From Candidatus Bathyarchaeota archaeon (lineage in GTDB: Archaea > Thermoproteota > Bathyarchaeia > Bathyarchaeales > Bathycorpusculaceae), in assembly GCA_963828195.1 (NCBI GenBank), contig CAWHDT010000001.1, forward strand, positions 256,001 to 320,000: 64,000 bases of DNA. Direction: 5' to 3'. The notes beneath the pieces are model-generated. The model was not told the DNA's origin and searched no databases. It worked only from the letters and a program-made list of their open reading frames with translations. The position numbers and the translations under genes are program-made. Shown one piece after another: positions 21,220 to 31,620 of the stretch; the first letter of the stretch is position 1; each line of letters begins with the position of its first letter.

Positions 21220-21401
21220 CTTTCCCCCTTTGCGCGAATTATGGCTTGATTGCTGGCTATTTTAGCAATTGCGGCTTAGAAATCGCTATTGGTTTTATCA
21301 AGAACGCAATTATCTTTAACCTTTTATTTTTCGCATAAATTCCTCTATAACCGTTGATAACAGATTTTATCAAAAACGCTTAAAATGAAGCAAAAGAAAG
21401 C

Positions 21402-22223
21402 ATGAAAGAAGTGATGCGTATGGAACAAGTAGACTGGTCATCCCTGCACAGGATTCTTGGCGATTCTACCAGAAGAAATATTCTGGAACTAATTAAGGAA
21501 AAAGACGCGATAAGCTACACCGAAATAATGTCCATCTTGCGAGTTACAAATACAGGCAGACTTAATTACCATCTCAAGGCGTTGAATGGCCTCATATCTA
21601 AAGACGATCAAGGAAAGTATCATCTAACCGAGAGAGGGCAGCTTGCAGTTAACTTGCTTCAGACTTTCCCCGAGAGACCGCGGATAGAGGAGAAGAATCG
21701 GACCGGAAAAATTATGATTGCTTCGTTTTTAATATTTCTGGGAGTTATTCTAATCTTTGCCACTAATAGATCGTTAGCCACCAACGAAGTCCCGGGAACT
21801 TTTTCCAGTCGGGTTATTCCTCAGAATACGAGTACATTCTTGACGGAAGTGTGGTTCCCGAATAATGGTTCACAATTTACCATTCATTTGGTTGCCTCAA
21901 ATTCAATAAGCCTGTATGTGGTGAATTCAACGCAATATTCTGCTTTAGAACAACAATATAGCCAAGGTTATTTTTTGGTGAATTTCACTGGGATGCCTGC
22001 TTTTTACGTCGATAGATTTACTCTGCAAAGCGCCAGCGTTTCCCTGTCTCTCCCTCAAGGGGTATATTACCTCTTTGTAGGATCAAATACCAGTTCGGTA
22101 TTGGATTCACTCACGCTGGCTCAGCAGCAACATTATCCATTATTAGATGCTGTCCCCGGTGCTCTTGGAATCTTTATGGTATCTCTTGCAATTTTAATTC
22201 TTACCCGTCGGGTTTGGCGATAA
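21402..22223 (+). CDS. ArsR-like winged-HTH protein fused to a membrane-spanning sensor domain
   Basis: ILGD.TRR.IL, LNYHLK.L.GLI.K...G.Y.LT..G; two TM helices flanking an extracytoplasmic domain. Confidence 0.78.
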   Translation: MKEVMRMEQVDWSSLHRILGDSTRRNILELIKEKDAISYTEIMSILRVTNTGRLNYHLKALNGLISKDDQGKYHLTERGQLAVNLLQTFPERPRIEEKNRTGKIMIASFLIFLGVILIFATNRSLATNEVPGTFSSRVIPQNTSTFLTEVWFPNNGSQFTIHLVASNSISLYVVNSTQYSALEQQYSQGYFLVNFTGMPAFYVDRFTLQSASVSLSLPQGVYYLFVGSNTSSVLDSLTLAQQQHYPLLDAVPGALGIFMVSLAILILTRRVWR

Positions 22224-22279
22224 GAAAATTCGGTTAAGAACATTTGAAGCAACGCCAACATACCGAGACCGTTGTCGCG

Positions 22280-22317
22280 TGAAATTTAAATGTGAATGTA
22301 AACCTACCCCTCTGCAC
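22280..22317 (+). repeat. 38-bp conserved cassette-end site, copy 1 (degenerate tRNA-Leu 3'-end-like)
   Basis: TGAAATTTAAATGTGAATGTAAACCTACCCCTCTGCAC; 36/38 identical to the reverse complement of 33053-33090. Confidence 0.85.
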
Positions 22318-22418
22318 CAGAGATTCCGAGAAGTGAAACAAAGTTTTGAGGTAGAGGATCGTCACGCGAGTTACAGAATTCTTATACTAGAAAAACCAAT
22401 TGGTAACAGGGGAAGCGA

Positions 22419-23513
22419 TTGATCAGTTCCGAGGGCTGCAAACCCGAAGCACTTTTGGAGAAAGAAGAGCAGGCTAAAAAGGTCATCGAGGAATGCAGAA
22501 GAGAGAACGGTTTCTACGCTAGTACGCAACGCTATCATGAGTTATGGCTCAGAGACTTGGTCTACTCGGAGGATGTGCTGCTCAAGCTCGGTTACCGAAG
22601 GGAAATAAAAAATCACTTATCTGAATTCATAAAGCTGCGGCGCAGAAATGGCCAGATGCCAACCGTGATCGACTTCAGCGTCAGTAAACTAATTCGACAA
22701 AGGTACCAGTCCTGCCCCTCTGACACAGAAATTCTGTTTGTCATAGGAATGCGCAAATATGCCGAGTTTGCAGGCGACCAGTTCCTTAAAGAAAATGAGG
22801 AAACCGTGAAGTCATGTGTCGCATATGTCGAGAGCAAACTCGATGAACATGGACTTGTTCCCGGCATGGACTGGAGAGATACAATACCCTGTTACAGAGG
22901 AAAGTTTCTCCTCGCTAACCAGATGCTCCTCGTCAACATGTACGAATTGCTCGAAAATCCCAAAGTTGCAAATTCAGTGAAAGAGAATGTAAACAAATTC
23001 TTTCTTTCAAAGAACCTATGTTGCTATGCGGACACCGTTTATTGGGACGGCGAACTGAAGCAGGATCGTAACTTTGACAGCTTCGGAAACGCCTTAGCCG
23101 TCATCAACGGTACCGCTTCCGAAAAAGTTTCTCAGGGCATTCTCAACGGGTTTAAAGCCGCAAAAACACCCTTCGGCTACAGAAACATTATGCCCCCGTA
23201 CGAATTCAACAGGGCAAAGCTGCTGGCAACATGGTATATCAAGTGCGGTGTAGCGAACGGCGCTTTTCTGAGAAACAAACTTGGCTTCTACCAGAACTCA
23301 GCAGTTTGGCCCTTCGTAGAGATAAGAGTGATTCAGGCGTTAACAAAACTGAAAGCGACCAGCGAAGCCGACGCAGCAACCAAGCAGATGATTGAGCGCG
23401 AGGGCTTCAACGAGTTCTATAATCCCTCAACTGGCGAGCCACGCGGAAGCAAGGGGCAGCTTTGGACGGCAGCAGCTATTCTTTCAGCAGTTGACCTTTG
23501 CAGAGTTAGCTAG
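22419..23513 (+). CDS. (alpha/alpha)6-barrel glycoside hydrolase (amylo-alpha-1,6-glucosidase/GH100-like)
   Basis: LWLRD, DWRD, FDSFGN.LA, YQN..VWP, F.EFY...G.P.GS..Q.W.AA. Confidence 0.75.
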   Translation: MISSEGCKPEALLEKEEQAKKVIEECRRENGFYASTQRYHELWLRDLVYSEDVLLKLGYRREIKNHLSEFIKLRRRNGQMPTVIDFSVSKLIRQRYQSCPSDTEILFVIGMRKYAEFAGDQFLKENEETVKSCVAYVESKLDEHGLVPGMDWRDTIPCYRGKFLLANQMLLVNMYELLENPKVANSVKENVNKFFLSKNLCCYADTVYWDGELKQDRNFDSFGNALAVINGTASEKVSQGILNGFKAAKTPFGYRNIMPPYEFNRAKLLATWYIKCGVANGAFLRNKLGFYQNSAVWPFVEIRVIQALTKLKATSEADAATKQMIEREGFNEFYNPSTGEPRGSKGQLWTAAAILSAVDLCRVS

Positions 23514-23637
23514 CAAAAAGCATAGCGTTTCAGTTCAAAAATTGAGAAACTACTCCTCTTTATATCTAACATTCATTTTCTAATTAAAAGCATTGGGAGC
23601 TCAAACGGGAGCTTTTCGTTAGAGAAAAACTAAATCG

Positions 23638-24573
23638 TTGCTGCATAGCATGATTGAGACTGAGAACCTTACAAAAAAATTCGGTGACCTGACTGCAGTT
23701 GACAATCTAACCCTCCGCGTAGACAAGAGCGAAGTCTTCGGCTTCCTCGGACCTAACGGGGCAGGAAAGACCACTACAGTTCGGATGCTCTGCTGCCTGA
23801 TATCTAAAACAAGTGGCAAAGTAAAGATTGGCGATTACGAGGTTGGCAGCCCAGAAAATGCTCTAAATATCAGAAAGATCATCGGGCTTGTCCCTGACAA
23901 CGTTGGCCTCTACGAGTCCCTTACGGCCTATGAGAACCTGGACTATTACGGGACGCTGTACAGGCGCACTGACTCCCAGAGGAAAGAAAGCAATGAATAC
24001 TTCCTCAAGTTGCTGGGGCTCTGGGATAAGAGAGATGCTCTGGCGGGAACATTCTCGAAGGGTATGAAACAAAAGCTCGCCATAGCACGCGCCCTGATCC
24101 ATGACCCCGAGATACTTATCATGGATGAGCCAACCGCAAACCTGGATCCTGAGGCTTCAAAGGCGGTGCGGGAGTTCATCCTCGAACTGAAGAAGGAGAA
24201 AAAAACCATCTTCATCAATACGCACAACCTCGATGAGGCCGAGAGAATCTGCGATAGGATCGGCATCTTGAATACGCGTCTGATGGCCGTGGGTACACCT
24301 GAGGAGCTCGAACGGTCGATCCGCGGAAGAAAGACAGTGATCCAGCTTAAACGGGTGAACGAAGCCATCTTGGATTCGCTCAAGAAACTACAGGTCAAGA
24401 ATCTGGTCAGGGATGGCAATAAGCTGACGATTGATGTCGTTGATTCCGAGGAAGAGAATCCTGACATGGTAAACGCGATTGTCGCTGCGGGAGGACGCGT
24501 CGAGACAGTAACGGTGATCGGCAGCTCGCTAGAAGACGCTTACCTGAAACTAGTGAGGGAGAATGCACAATGA
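23638..24573 (+). CDS. ABC-2 type transporter ATP-binding protein
   Basis: GPNGAGKTT, FSKGMKQK, MDEPT, THNL. Confidence 0.93.
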   Translation: MLHSMIETENLTKKFGDLTAVDNLTLRVDKSEVFGFLGPNGAGKTTTVRMLCCLISKTSGKVKIGDYEVGSPENALNIRKIIGLVPDNVGLYESLTAYENLDYYGTLYRRTDSQRKESNEYFLKLLGLWDKRDALAGTFSKGMKQKLAIARALIHDPEILIMDEPTANLDPEASKAVREFILELKKEKKTIFINTHNLDEAERICDRIGILNTRLMAVGTPEELERSIRGRKTVIQLKRVNEAILDSLKKLQVKNLVRDGNKLTIDVVDSEEENPDMVNAIVAAGGRVETVTVIGSSLEDAYLKLVRENAQ

Positions 24574-25301
24574 CCACATGGATGCCTTGGAAGATAGCAC
24601 GCAAAGAATTGAAGGTGATCAGCAGAAAAAAGAGCATCATTTTCTACACGATTGGGCTTCCCCTTCTCATCTCAATTGTTTTCTCGTTCGTTATCAAGAG
24701 CCAAATAGTTAATGGAATCCCAACGACAATATCACTTGGTGCCGAATCAAGCGTTTACCTCTTCGTTGTTTTAGCAGCTTCCCTGCCCAGTACGATCGCA
24801 GCGTACAGTATAGTGGGTGAAAAGATTGAGAAGACACTGGAACCTTTGCTTGCGACTCCGACTACTGACAATGAAATCCTCCTAGGAAAAAGTATCGCAG
24901 CGTTCATACCGCCAATTATATCGATATGGGCGGCAGCATCAATCTTTATGGCAGCAACGGACTACATACTCTACAACGGAGGGTTAAGCTACTATTATTT
25001 TCCCAACTGGACTGCTGGAGTTATGCTGTTACTTCTTGCTCCTCTTGCAGCGATTTTCAGTATTGAAGTAGGAGTGATGGCGTCATCTCGAGTGAATGAC
25101 GTTCGAGGCGCAAACCAGATCGCAGGTATCATGTTTATCCCATTCATAGTTGTCTTTCTAGCGGCTGTCGAAGGACTTTTCACTTTCAGCATCGGTAACC
25201 TTCTGGTCTTCGCTGCCATAGTAATCGTTGTCGATATAGCTCTTTTCTTCTTAACCAAATCCACTTTCAAACGAGAAGAGATTCTCACAAAGTGGAAATG
25301 A
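24570..25301 (+). CDS. ABC-2 type transporter permease
   Basis: IARKE, SIVGEK..KTLEPLLATP, multiple TM helices. Confidence 0.88.
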   Translation: MTTWMPWKIARKELKVISRKKSIIFYTIGLPLLISIVFSFVIKSQIVNGIPTTISLGAESSVYLFVVLAASLPSTIAAYSIVGEKIEKTLEPLLATPTTDNEILLGKSIAAFIPPIISIWAAASIFMAATDYILYNGGLSYYYFPNWTAGVMLLLLAPLAAIFSIEVGVMASSRVNDVRGANQIAGIMFIPFIVVFLAAVEGLFTFSIGNLLVFAAIVIVVDIALFFLTKSTFKREEILTKWK

Positions 25302-25310
25302 GGTCGTTGA

Positions 25311-26443
25311 TTGGCCGCCGAGTTAATCAGTAACGAAACCCCAGCAGGAAAGAAAGGCTACTCTTCATCGATAATCTAAGACTGCTGGTAATCGTGTTGG
25401 TTGTCACGATCCACTTGGCAGTGACGGTTAGCAACTTTGGCAGTTGGTACTACGTTTACAGTATCCATCTTGATACGCTATCCACCGTTTGGTTCGCCTT
25501 CTACCAGTCGTTCACACAGGGATACTTCTTGGGGCTTTTGTTCATGATTTCTGGCTATTTTGTCGCAGGAAGCTATGACCGGAAAGGCTTCGGCGGGTTC
25601 GTCGGAGACAGATTCAAACGCCTAATCATCCCAACCCTGATTTTCCTGATTGCAATAACGCCGTTCATCGAAATCATCGAACTCAGCAGCAAGCCGTCTG
25701 GCTTCAATTTGGCAGGTTTTCTTTCGGGCACCGGTCCGATGTGGTTCGCTGCGGCACTTTTCGGGTTTTGCTTGATTTACGGGCTATGGCGACTGGTCGC
25801 TCGCAGATTCGCTCCTGAAAGGAAACCGCTCGAACCGACCTGGGGTATGGCAGTCAGCCTAGTCCTGATTATCGCCGTTTTTGCCTTCCTGATTAGGATA
25901 GTTCAGCCGATTGGGGCAAGCATCCTGAACTTTCAGCTCTGCTACTTCTCTTCATATATAGTTCTCTTCATTGTGGGCATCCTAGCTTACAGAAGCAACC
26001 TGTTCGCTAAGATCAGCTATCGAACGGGGAAAAGATGTGTAATAGGTGCCATTGTCTTGGGCTTCTTGGTTTGGTTCGTCTTGGTGGTAATAGTCACGGC
26101 AACTGGGACAACAGGTGCCATTGATGGAGGGCTGACCTGGCAGAGCGCAGCATATTCAGTATGGGAATCCTCGGTCGCGGTTGCCATGAGCATCGGTCTA
26201 ATCGGCGTCTTTAGGGAAAAATTCAACCATCAAGGCAAGTTTGTCAAAACACTTTCAGATAACTCGTTCTCCGTATACCTGTTTCACCCTATGATCATTA
26301 TCCCAGTCACATTGTTGTTTAGCCCGCTTGTGTTGTACCCAGTTGCAAAATGGCTTCTGCTCTGTGTCATTTGCATTCCATTATGCTTTGCCGCAACATA
26401 CTTTATCTTCCGCAGGATACCGTTATTGAAAAAAGTCCTCTGA
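25311..26443 (+). CDS. Acyltransferase-3 (OpgC/OafA-like) membrane acyltransferase; apparent 1-nt frameshift near 25350
   Basis: ERLLFIDNLR...LVV..H, FMISGYF, DRFKRL, WF, SFSVYLFHP; the RBS and TTG at 25311 are one frame off from the body. Confidence 0.8.
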
Positions 26444-26478
26444 AAATGAGCCTGAAGTGTCTTTCGACCTCTCTAAAG

Positions 26479-26955
26479 TCATTTTAGTTCTTTGAGTAAA
26501 GCCTTGGCTTCAGGCGTTATTTTTGGTCTGTTTCTTCGATCAATGACTAAAAACAAAGACCCAATTATAATCAGAGCTATGCCGAAGAACGTTACGCTTA
26601 AGATTGGGACAAGCTTTAGTTCAAGCCCCAAAGTAAAAGCAATTATTCCGATTCCGATAAAGATCATTATCGAGTTGCTTCTGGACGCTGTTGCGTGCAG
26701 GGCAAACTCTTTCTTTCCTTCCTCCGTCACGACATAGTAGCCCTGTTTTTCCTCTATCATGCCGGCGGTCAAAAGATAATTCCAGTCATAGTGGAAGTGG
26801 CCGTCCGACTTATAGCCCAACGCAGAGCTGATGCTTGATTTAACTCCTGGTTCAGCCTTGATTCTGCTGTTAGGAGCGGAGTAGATGAAGTACAGCAGCT
26901 TGGTTCTTGGCGACTGAATATCGGCGCTTATTCCACGTGGCTTTGACACTTGCAT
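26479..26955 (-). CDS. Winged-helix protein with two C-terminal TM helices (membrane-tethered regulator)
   Basis: HFHYDWNYLL.AGMIEE..GYY.VT.EG wing motif, then two hydrophobic helices. Confidence 0.65.
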   Translation of the reverse strand: MQVSKPRGISADIQSPRTKLLYFIYSAPNSRIKAEPGVKSSISSALGYKSDGHFHYDWNYLLTAGMIEEKQGYYVVTEEGKKEFALHATASRSNSIMIFIGIGIIAFTLGLELKLVPILSVTFFGIALIIIGSLFLVIDRRNRPKITPEAKALLKELK

Positions 26956-27050
26956 CCACTGCTCCAGCTATTCGGCATCGGTAAGATAAATGAAGCTCTG
27001 CGGTTAAATTTTCTTTCCATGATTTCACCATAATACTCGTTTTGCTTATG

Positions 27051-27109
27051 ACTCTAACTCTTAGAGGATTTGCTCTAAGTGCCAGAGCGTTTGCTCTAAA
27101 TGTTAGGGC
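27051..27109. promoter_or_regulatory. Three tandem 17-bp palindromic operator-like sites
   Basis: ACTCTAACTCTTAGAGG, GCTCTAAGTGCCAGAGC, GCTCTAAATGTTAGGGC at 21-bp period. Confidence 0.7.
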
Positions 27110-27169
27110 TATAACCAACAGGCAACTTTTATGGTTCCAAGAATCAAAAAGTTAGGAGGAAAACAAAAA

Positions 27170-27871
27170 ATGGGTACAAGTTTCGAATATAGCAAAACTT
27201 TGGCTGGCGAAGGCTCAATACTGCTTTTACTAGGTTTAGTTCCCTACGTAGGCTGGGTATTGGGCATCATTGGTGGAATACTGCTTCTCAGAGGTGTCAA
27301 AGAACTTGCAAATTACTATCACGATAACGAAATCTACCAGAATACACTAACAGGCGTCAAATACTACATAATTGCTTTGATCGCTGCGGCAGTGGCCATT
27401 ACGGGGATATTGATCGGCGTTGGAACCGCAACAGGCTTCAAATATTCATCACACTTCGCGTTAACTGCGGGCTTCGGAATTGGATTAGCAATTTTCTTTG
27501 GCGGGCTTATAATCGCTTTCATATTCTTTGTACTTGCGTCATTGCGCCTAAGAGAAACCTTCAACACGCTCGCGCAGAAGTCAGGAGAGCACTCGTTTAC
27601 AACAACTGCCACTTTACTTTGGTGGGGCTCCCTACTAACCATAATAGGTATCGGCTTAATTCTGATATTCATCGCTTGGATATTCGCAGTAATCGGCTTC
27701 TTCTCCATGAAATCTCAGCAACAAAATGCCACACAACAATACAGTTACACTCCACCTTCCATCTCAGGACCCACAGCAACGCCATCTCAAACGGCACGGT
27801 ACTGTTCATACTGCGGCGCACCAGTAAAGCCCGATGCAATTTATTGCCCTAATTGCGGAAAACAACTATAA
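27170..27871 (+). CDS. DUF996-like membrane protein with C-terminal zinc ribbon
   Basis: K.LAG.GSIL..., F......L.WG..L.II.IG.IL..IAWI...IGFF, YCSYCG...YCPNCG; GGAGG RBS before ATG 27170. Confidence 0.75.
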   Translation: MGTSFEYSKTLAGEGSILLLLGLVPYVGWVLGIIGGILLLRGVKELANYYHDNEIYQNTLTGVKYYIIALIAAAVAITGILIGVGTATGFKYSSHFALTAGFGIGLAIFFGGLIIAFIFFVLASLRLRETFNTLAQKSGEHSFTTTATLLWWGSLLTIIGIGLILIFIAWIFAVIGFFSMKSQQQNATQQYSYTPPSISGPTATPSQTARYCSYCGAPVKPDAIYCPNCGKQL

Positions 27872-28084
27872 CTTAAAACCCTTTTTTTATTTTTTTATAT
27901 TTATCAGATCCTCAGTTTTCACCTTGCATTTACAAGGAATAAGGCAGAAAAATTGATTTTAGGTTAATCAGGAATAATAGATTATTTGCAAGGGCATTTT
28001 TTCATCAAAAAAATGTTTTTTTTTAAGTAACGGTTAAAAGGCAACGATGCACACAATATTCAAACAATCAAAGGCTGATTCAAC

Positions 28085-28705
28085 ATGCAATCTGCTAAAA
28101 CCGAGCAAAAAAGAAAATTTGTAGCCGTTGACCCGGGCAAGTGCATCGGCTGCGGGATCTGCGAGTATGCTTGCACTCTTGAAAAAGGAGAAGGCATCTG
28201 GAACCCAATGAAGTCCCGAATCCGAGTTGTCCGCATGGCTCCACTCTTTAACTTTGCACTCTCATGTCGAGGATGCAAAGACGCCAGATGCGTTAAGGCG
28301 TGTCCGGAAAACGCGATTTCGCAATCAGAAGAAACCGGTTTACTAATCATTGATGACAAAAAATGTAAAGGCTGTGACTGGTGCGTTCAAGCCTGTGAAC
28401 ACGGAGGAATCACAATCAACTGCGACACAGGGAAAGCTATTGCATGCGACCTCTGTCAAGGCGAACCCAAATGCAAAGAAGCGTGCCCAGAAGAAGCCTT
28501 GGAAATCGTGGATTCAGATGAGGCCGCAGAAAAACTCTTCAACGGGGCACTGGAAAAACTGCCCGCACAATGCGACCAGCTAACCGTCACTGTCAAAAAC
28601 AAAGACTGGAAACCCCTGTTGGCAGTTGCAGAGAAACGCTCTGAGAAAGTCACAAAGACGCTTGAAACGTTAAACAAGAAGGCAATGGCTAAAAAACAGA
28701 AATAG
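28085..28705 (+). CDS. 4Fe-4S dicluster electron-transfer protein (CooF/HydN/DmsB-like)
   Basis: CIGCGICEYAC, CRGC..A.CVKACP, CKGCDWCVQAC, CDLC....C..ACP. Confidence 0.88.
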   Translation: MQSAKTEQKRKFVAVDPGKCIGCGICEYACTLEKGEGIWNPMKSRIRVVRMAPLFNFALSCRGCKDARCVKACPENAISQSEETGLLIIDDKKCKGCDWCVQACEHGGITINCDTGKAIACDLCQGEPKCKEACPEEALEIVDSDEAAEKLFNGALEKLPAQCDQLTVTVKNKDWKPLLAVAEKRSEKVTKTLETLNKKAMAKKQK

Positions 28706-28714
28706 CCTCCTTTT

Positions 28715-29566
28715 CTAAATTTTGTTTTCTTCGTAGCCTCTCAAAAACATGTCAATATCTACCCCAACTTTTTCACCTACGTAGCCGCCTTCCAAAACAA
28801 AAAACGCGGGTTTGCCGAGCAAAGCAACCTTTTTTCCAATCTCAAAATAATCCTTTTCGATTAAGCCTAAGGACGCTAAATCGCCCAGATGTGTATCGAA
28901 ACCCGCGGAAACCGCAAGCACCTCAAACCTGCCTAAATCAACTGTTTCCAAGGCCTTGTCCAGCGTTTCCAAGTATCTTTTTCCCCCGCAAGTTGTTGGC
29001 AAAGCAAAATTGACACTGTTGCCCTGAGTGGAAGAGCCTGTTCCAGGATAATTAGGCGATTCGTGCAGCGAAACGTAGAGGATTTTGTCGTCTCCTTGAA
29101 AAATCTCCTGGGTTCCGTTGCCGTGGTGTCCGTCGATGTCCAGAATCAGCGTTTTTTTGTTCAATTTTTTAACGGCTATTGCGATGTTGTTGAGATAGCA
29201 AAACCCACGTGTGTTAACACCCAAAGCAGCGCCATTTCTGCCAACATGGTGCCCCGGCGGACGCATAAGGGAAAACCCGTTAATTTTTGAGGCTAAAAGT
29301 GCGGCGCCGACCGAAAGCTTGGCAAACTCGTAGATTCTGTCGTATGCAGGTGTATCTGGATCTTCAACTAAACCTTTCTTTAGGTTCCAAAGGTAATCTG
29401 AATCATGAACTGTTAACAAGTCTTCTTCGCTTGCAGGTGTTGGCTCCAAAAACTCGTAACCTTTGGCTTTGAGGATTTCAGATGCAATTTTAACACGTTG
29501 AGGTCCTTCAACGTGCCATGTGCCGTAGCCTAAACATTTTTCTGAGTAAACAATCTTTGTCTTCAT
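28715..29566 (-). CDS. Histone deacetylase / acetylpolyamine amidohydrolase family protein
   Basis: H.E.P.R, RPPGHH, GFCYLNN, DIDGHHGNGTQ, SAGFD, LEGGY. Confidence 0.92.
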   Translation of the reverse strand: MKTKIVYSEKCLGYGTWHVEGPQRVKIASEILKAKGYEFLEPTPASEEDLLTVHDSDYLWNLKKGLVEDPDTPAYDRIYEFAKLSVGAALLASKINGFSLMRPPGHHVGRNGAALGVNTRGFCYLNNIAIAVKKLNKKTLILDIDGHHGNGTQEIFQGDDKILYVSLHESPNYPGTGSSTQGNSVNFALPTTCGGKRYLETLDKALETVDLGRFEVLAVSAGFDTHLGDLASLGLIEKDYFEIGKKVALLGKPAFFVLEGGYVGEKVGVDIDMFLRGYEENKI

Positions 29567-29653
29567 TGTTAACTCCATTAAACAGATAAGTGACGCTTTC
29601 ATTTAAAATATCACCTTCCCCAGTTACTCTCCAAGCAATCGGAGACAAATTTA

Positions 29654-31603
29654 ATGATTTCAGAAAATCCCTTTGATCAATTTCGCCAAGAATGCCAGGC
29701 AGCGTTGACGCATGCGTTAAAGAAGGCTTTGCCAGAAATAAAAACGCCCCCTATAACGTTAAGTAAAACGCCAAATATTGAATATGGCCAGTTAGCTTCG
29801 TCTCTATGTTTTGAGTTGGCGAAGAAACTGAACCAAAAGCCGCTGGATCTCGCGGGGGTTCTTGTCGCAGCAATCGACAAATCCAGCTTTAACTTGATTG
29901 AGCAGGTTTCGTGCGCGGGTGCAGGGTACATAAATTTCTATGTTAACTTCGCCAAGTTTTCAGCTTTAACTTTGGAGTCAATTAAGCAGTTAAAGTTCGA
30001 TTATGGCTTTGTCAAGACTGCTGAGCCAACCAAAATCATTGTCGAGCATACAAGCGTTAATCCGCTTCATCCAATCCACATCGGGCAAGCCAGAAACCCC
30101 ATGTTAGGCGACGCTTTAGCACGCATTTTAGAGTGCAGGGGAAACACAGTTTCACGCCACTACTATATTGACGATGTCGGCAGGCAATCATCTGTAGTCG
30201 CCTACGGCTACAATAAGCTCGGCAGGCCAAAGCCAACGGAGAAGCCTGACCTTTTTGTTGGCAAAATCTACACCGTGACCAGTTGCCTTGTAGAAATTAA
30301 CCGTTTGAAGAGACTGCGGGAACTCGCAATTGCTGTTCATTCAAGTGACGATTTAGTTAAAGCAAATAAGGAAATTGACGAGTGGATGTCAATTGCCGCT
30401 GAACTTAAAGAAAAGTACCCTGTGCTTTTTGAAGCGTTAATGGCTAAAATCGGCGAGGACGAAAATCCAGAGGAGGAAATAAACCGGTTGAACCGAGCTT
30501 ACGAGGATGGAGAACCCCGCGCTAAACAGCTTATTCGCGAAGTCAGCGATTTGTGCCTCGAAGGCTTCAGGGAAACGCTGAAGCGGGTTGGAGTTACTTA
30601 CGACTCGTGGGATTGGGAAAGCGACTTTGTATGGAGCACGCAAGTCAGTGAGGTTTTGCGGAAGCTTAAGACTTCGCCCTTTGTTTACAGCGAAAAAGGC
30701 GTGTTGGAGTTTGACGCGGAAAAGGTAGTTGAGGTCCTAAAGTTGAAGCCGAAGTTGGGTTTAAGCGAGAACAACGAGGTTTCCCCTTTAACGCTTGGGC
30801 GTGCCGACGGCACCTCACTATACACAACACGCGATATAGCCTATACACTGTGGAAGTTTAAGCAAGCAAAAAAAGTCATCAATGTAATCGGCATGGAGCA
30901 ATCGCTGGCGCAGCTGCAGCTTAAAATTGCGCTCTACGCCTTAGGCTGCGGCGAATACGCTGGTAATCTGGTTCATTTCGCCTACAACCTGGTTACTTTG
31001 CCCGGTTACAAGATGAGCAGCCGCCGGGGACACTACATCACGTTGGACCAGGTTCTTGACGAAGCGGTTCAACGAGCCTACGAAGAAGTTTCGAAGCGCT
31101 CCCCCCAGCTTTCCGAGGAGGAAAAACGGAAAATCGCCAGCTTCGTCGGTTTAGGGGCGGTGCGTTACGCTCTTGTCGATGTTGACTCGTCTAAGCCAGT
31201 CGTATTTACTTGGGAACGCGTGCTTAACTTCGAAACCAACAGTGCACCATACGTTCAGTACACCCACGCGAGGGCATGCAGCATTTTGCGTAAAGCCGCA
31301 AGAGAACCCGAAAACCCCGATTACAGCCTGCTCAACGAAAAGCTTGAGCGCGAGCTCATCATGAACCTCTCAAGCTTCCCAGACACATTCATCGAAGCCA
31401 CAGAATACCTAAAACCCAACTTAATCGCCGACTACACCAACGCGTTAGCAGACAAATTCAACACCTTCTACAACGCGTTGCCAGTGCTGAAGGCTGGGAC
31501 AGAGGGGCTTGTTGATGCACGTTTGACATTGACGAACGCTATAGAGACTGTGATGCATAATGCTTTGACGCTTATCGGGGTTACGGCACCAGAAAAAATG
31601 TGA
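29654..31603 (+). CDS. argS: Arginine--tRNA ligase
   Basis: VEHTSVNP..P.HIGQARN, RADGTSLY.TRDIAY, KMSSRRG, APYVQY.HAR.CSI. Confidence 0.97.
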   Translation: MISENPFDQFRQECQAALTHALKKALPEIKTPPITLSKTPNIEYGQLASSLCFELAKKLNQKPLDLAGVLVAAIDKSSFNLIEQVSCAGAGYINFYVNFAKFSALTLESIKQLKFDYGFVKTAEPTKIIVEHTSVNPLHPIHIGQARNPMLGDALARILECRGNTVSRHYYIDDVGRQSSVVAYGYNKLGRPKPTEKPDLFVGKIYTVTSCLVEINRLKRLRELAIAVHSSDDLVKANKEIDEWMSIAAELKEKYPVLFEALMAKIGEDENPEEEINRLNRAYEDGEPRAKQLIREVSDLCLEGFRETLKRVGVTYDSWDWESDFVWSTQVSEVLRKLKTSPFVYSEKGVLEFDAEKVVEVLKLKPKLGLSENNEVSPLTLGRADGTSLYTTRDIAYTLWKFKQAKKVINVIGMEQSLAQLQLKIALYALGCGEYAGNLVHFAYNLVTLPGYKMSSRRGHYITLDQVLDEAVQRAYEEVSKRSPQLSEEEKRKIASFVGLGAVRYALVDVDSSKPVVFTWERVLNFETNSAPYVQYTHARACSILRKAAREPENPDYSLLNEKLERELIMNLSSFPDTFIEATEYLKPNLIADYTNALADKFNTFYNALPVLKAGTEGLVDARLTLTNAIETVMHNALTLIGVTAPEKM

Positions 31604-31620
31604 GACGGTTCTTGGCTCTT

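Noticed and set aside
21129-21338. ORFs 21129-21338 and 33979-34251 sharing the peptide GSNPTLRT
   Set aside because: These are translations of the tRNA T-arm/acceptor. No integrase motifs follow, so they are not SSV-type split-integrase fragments as far as can be seen.
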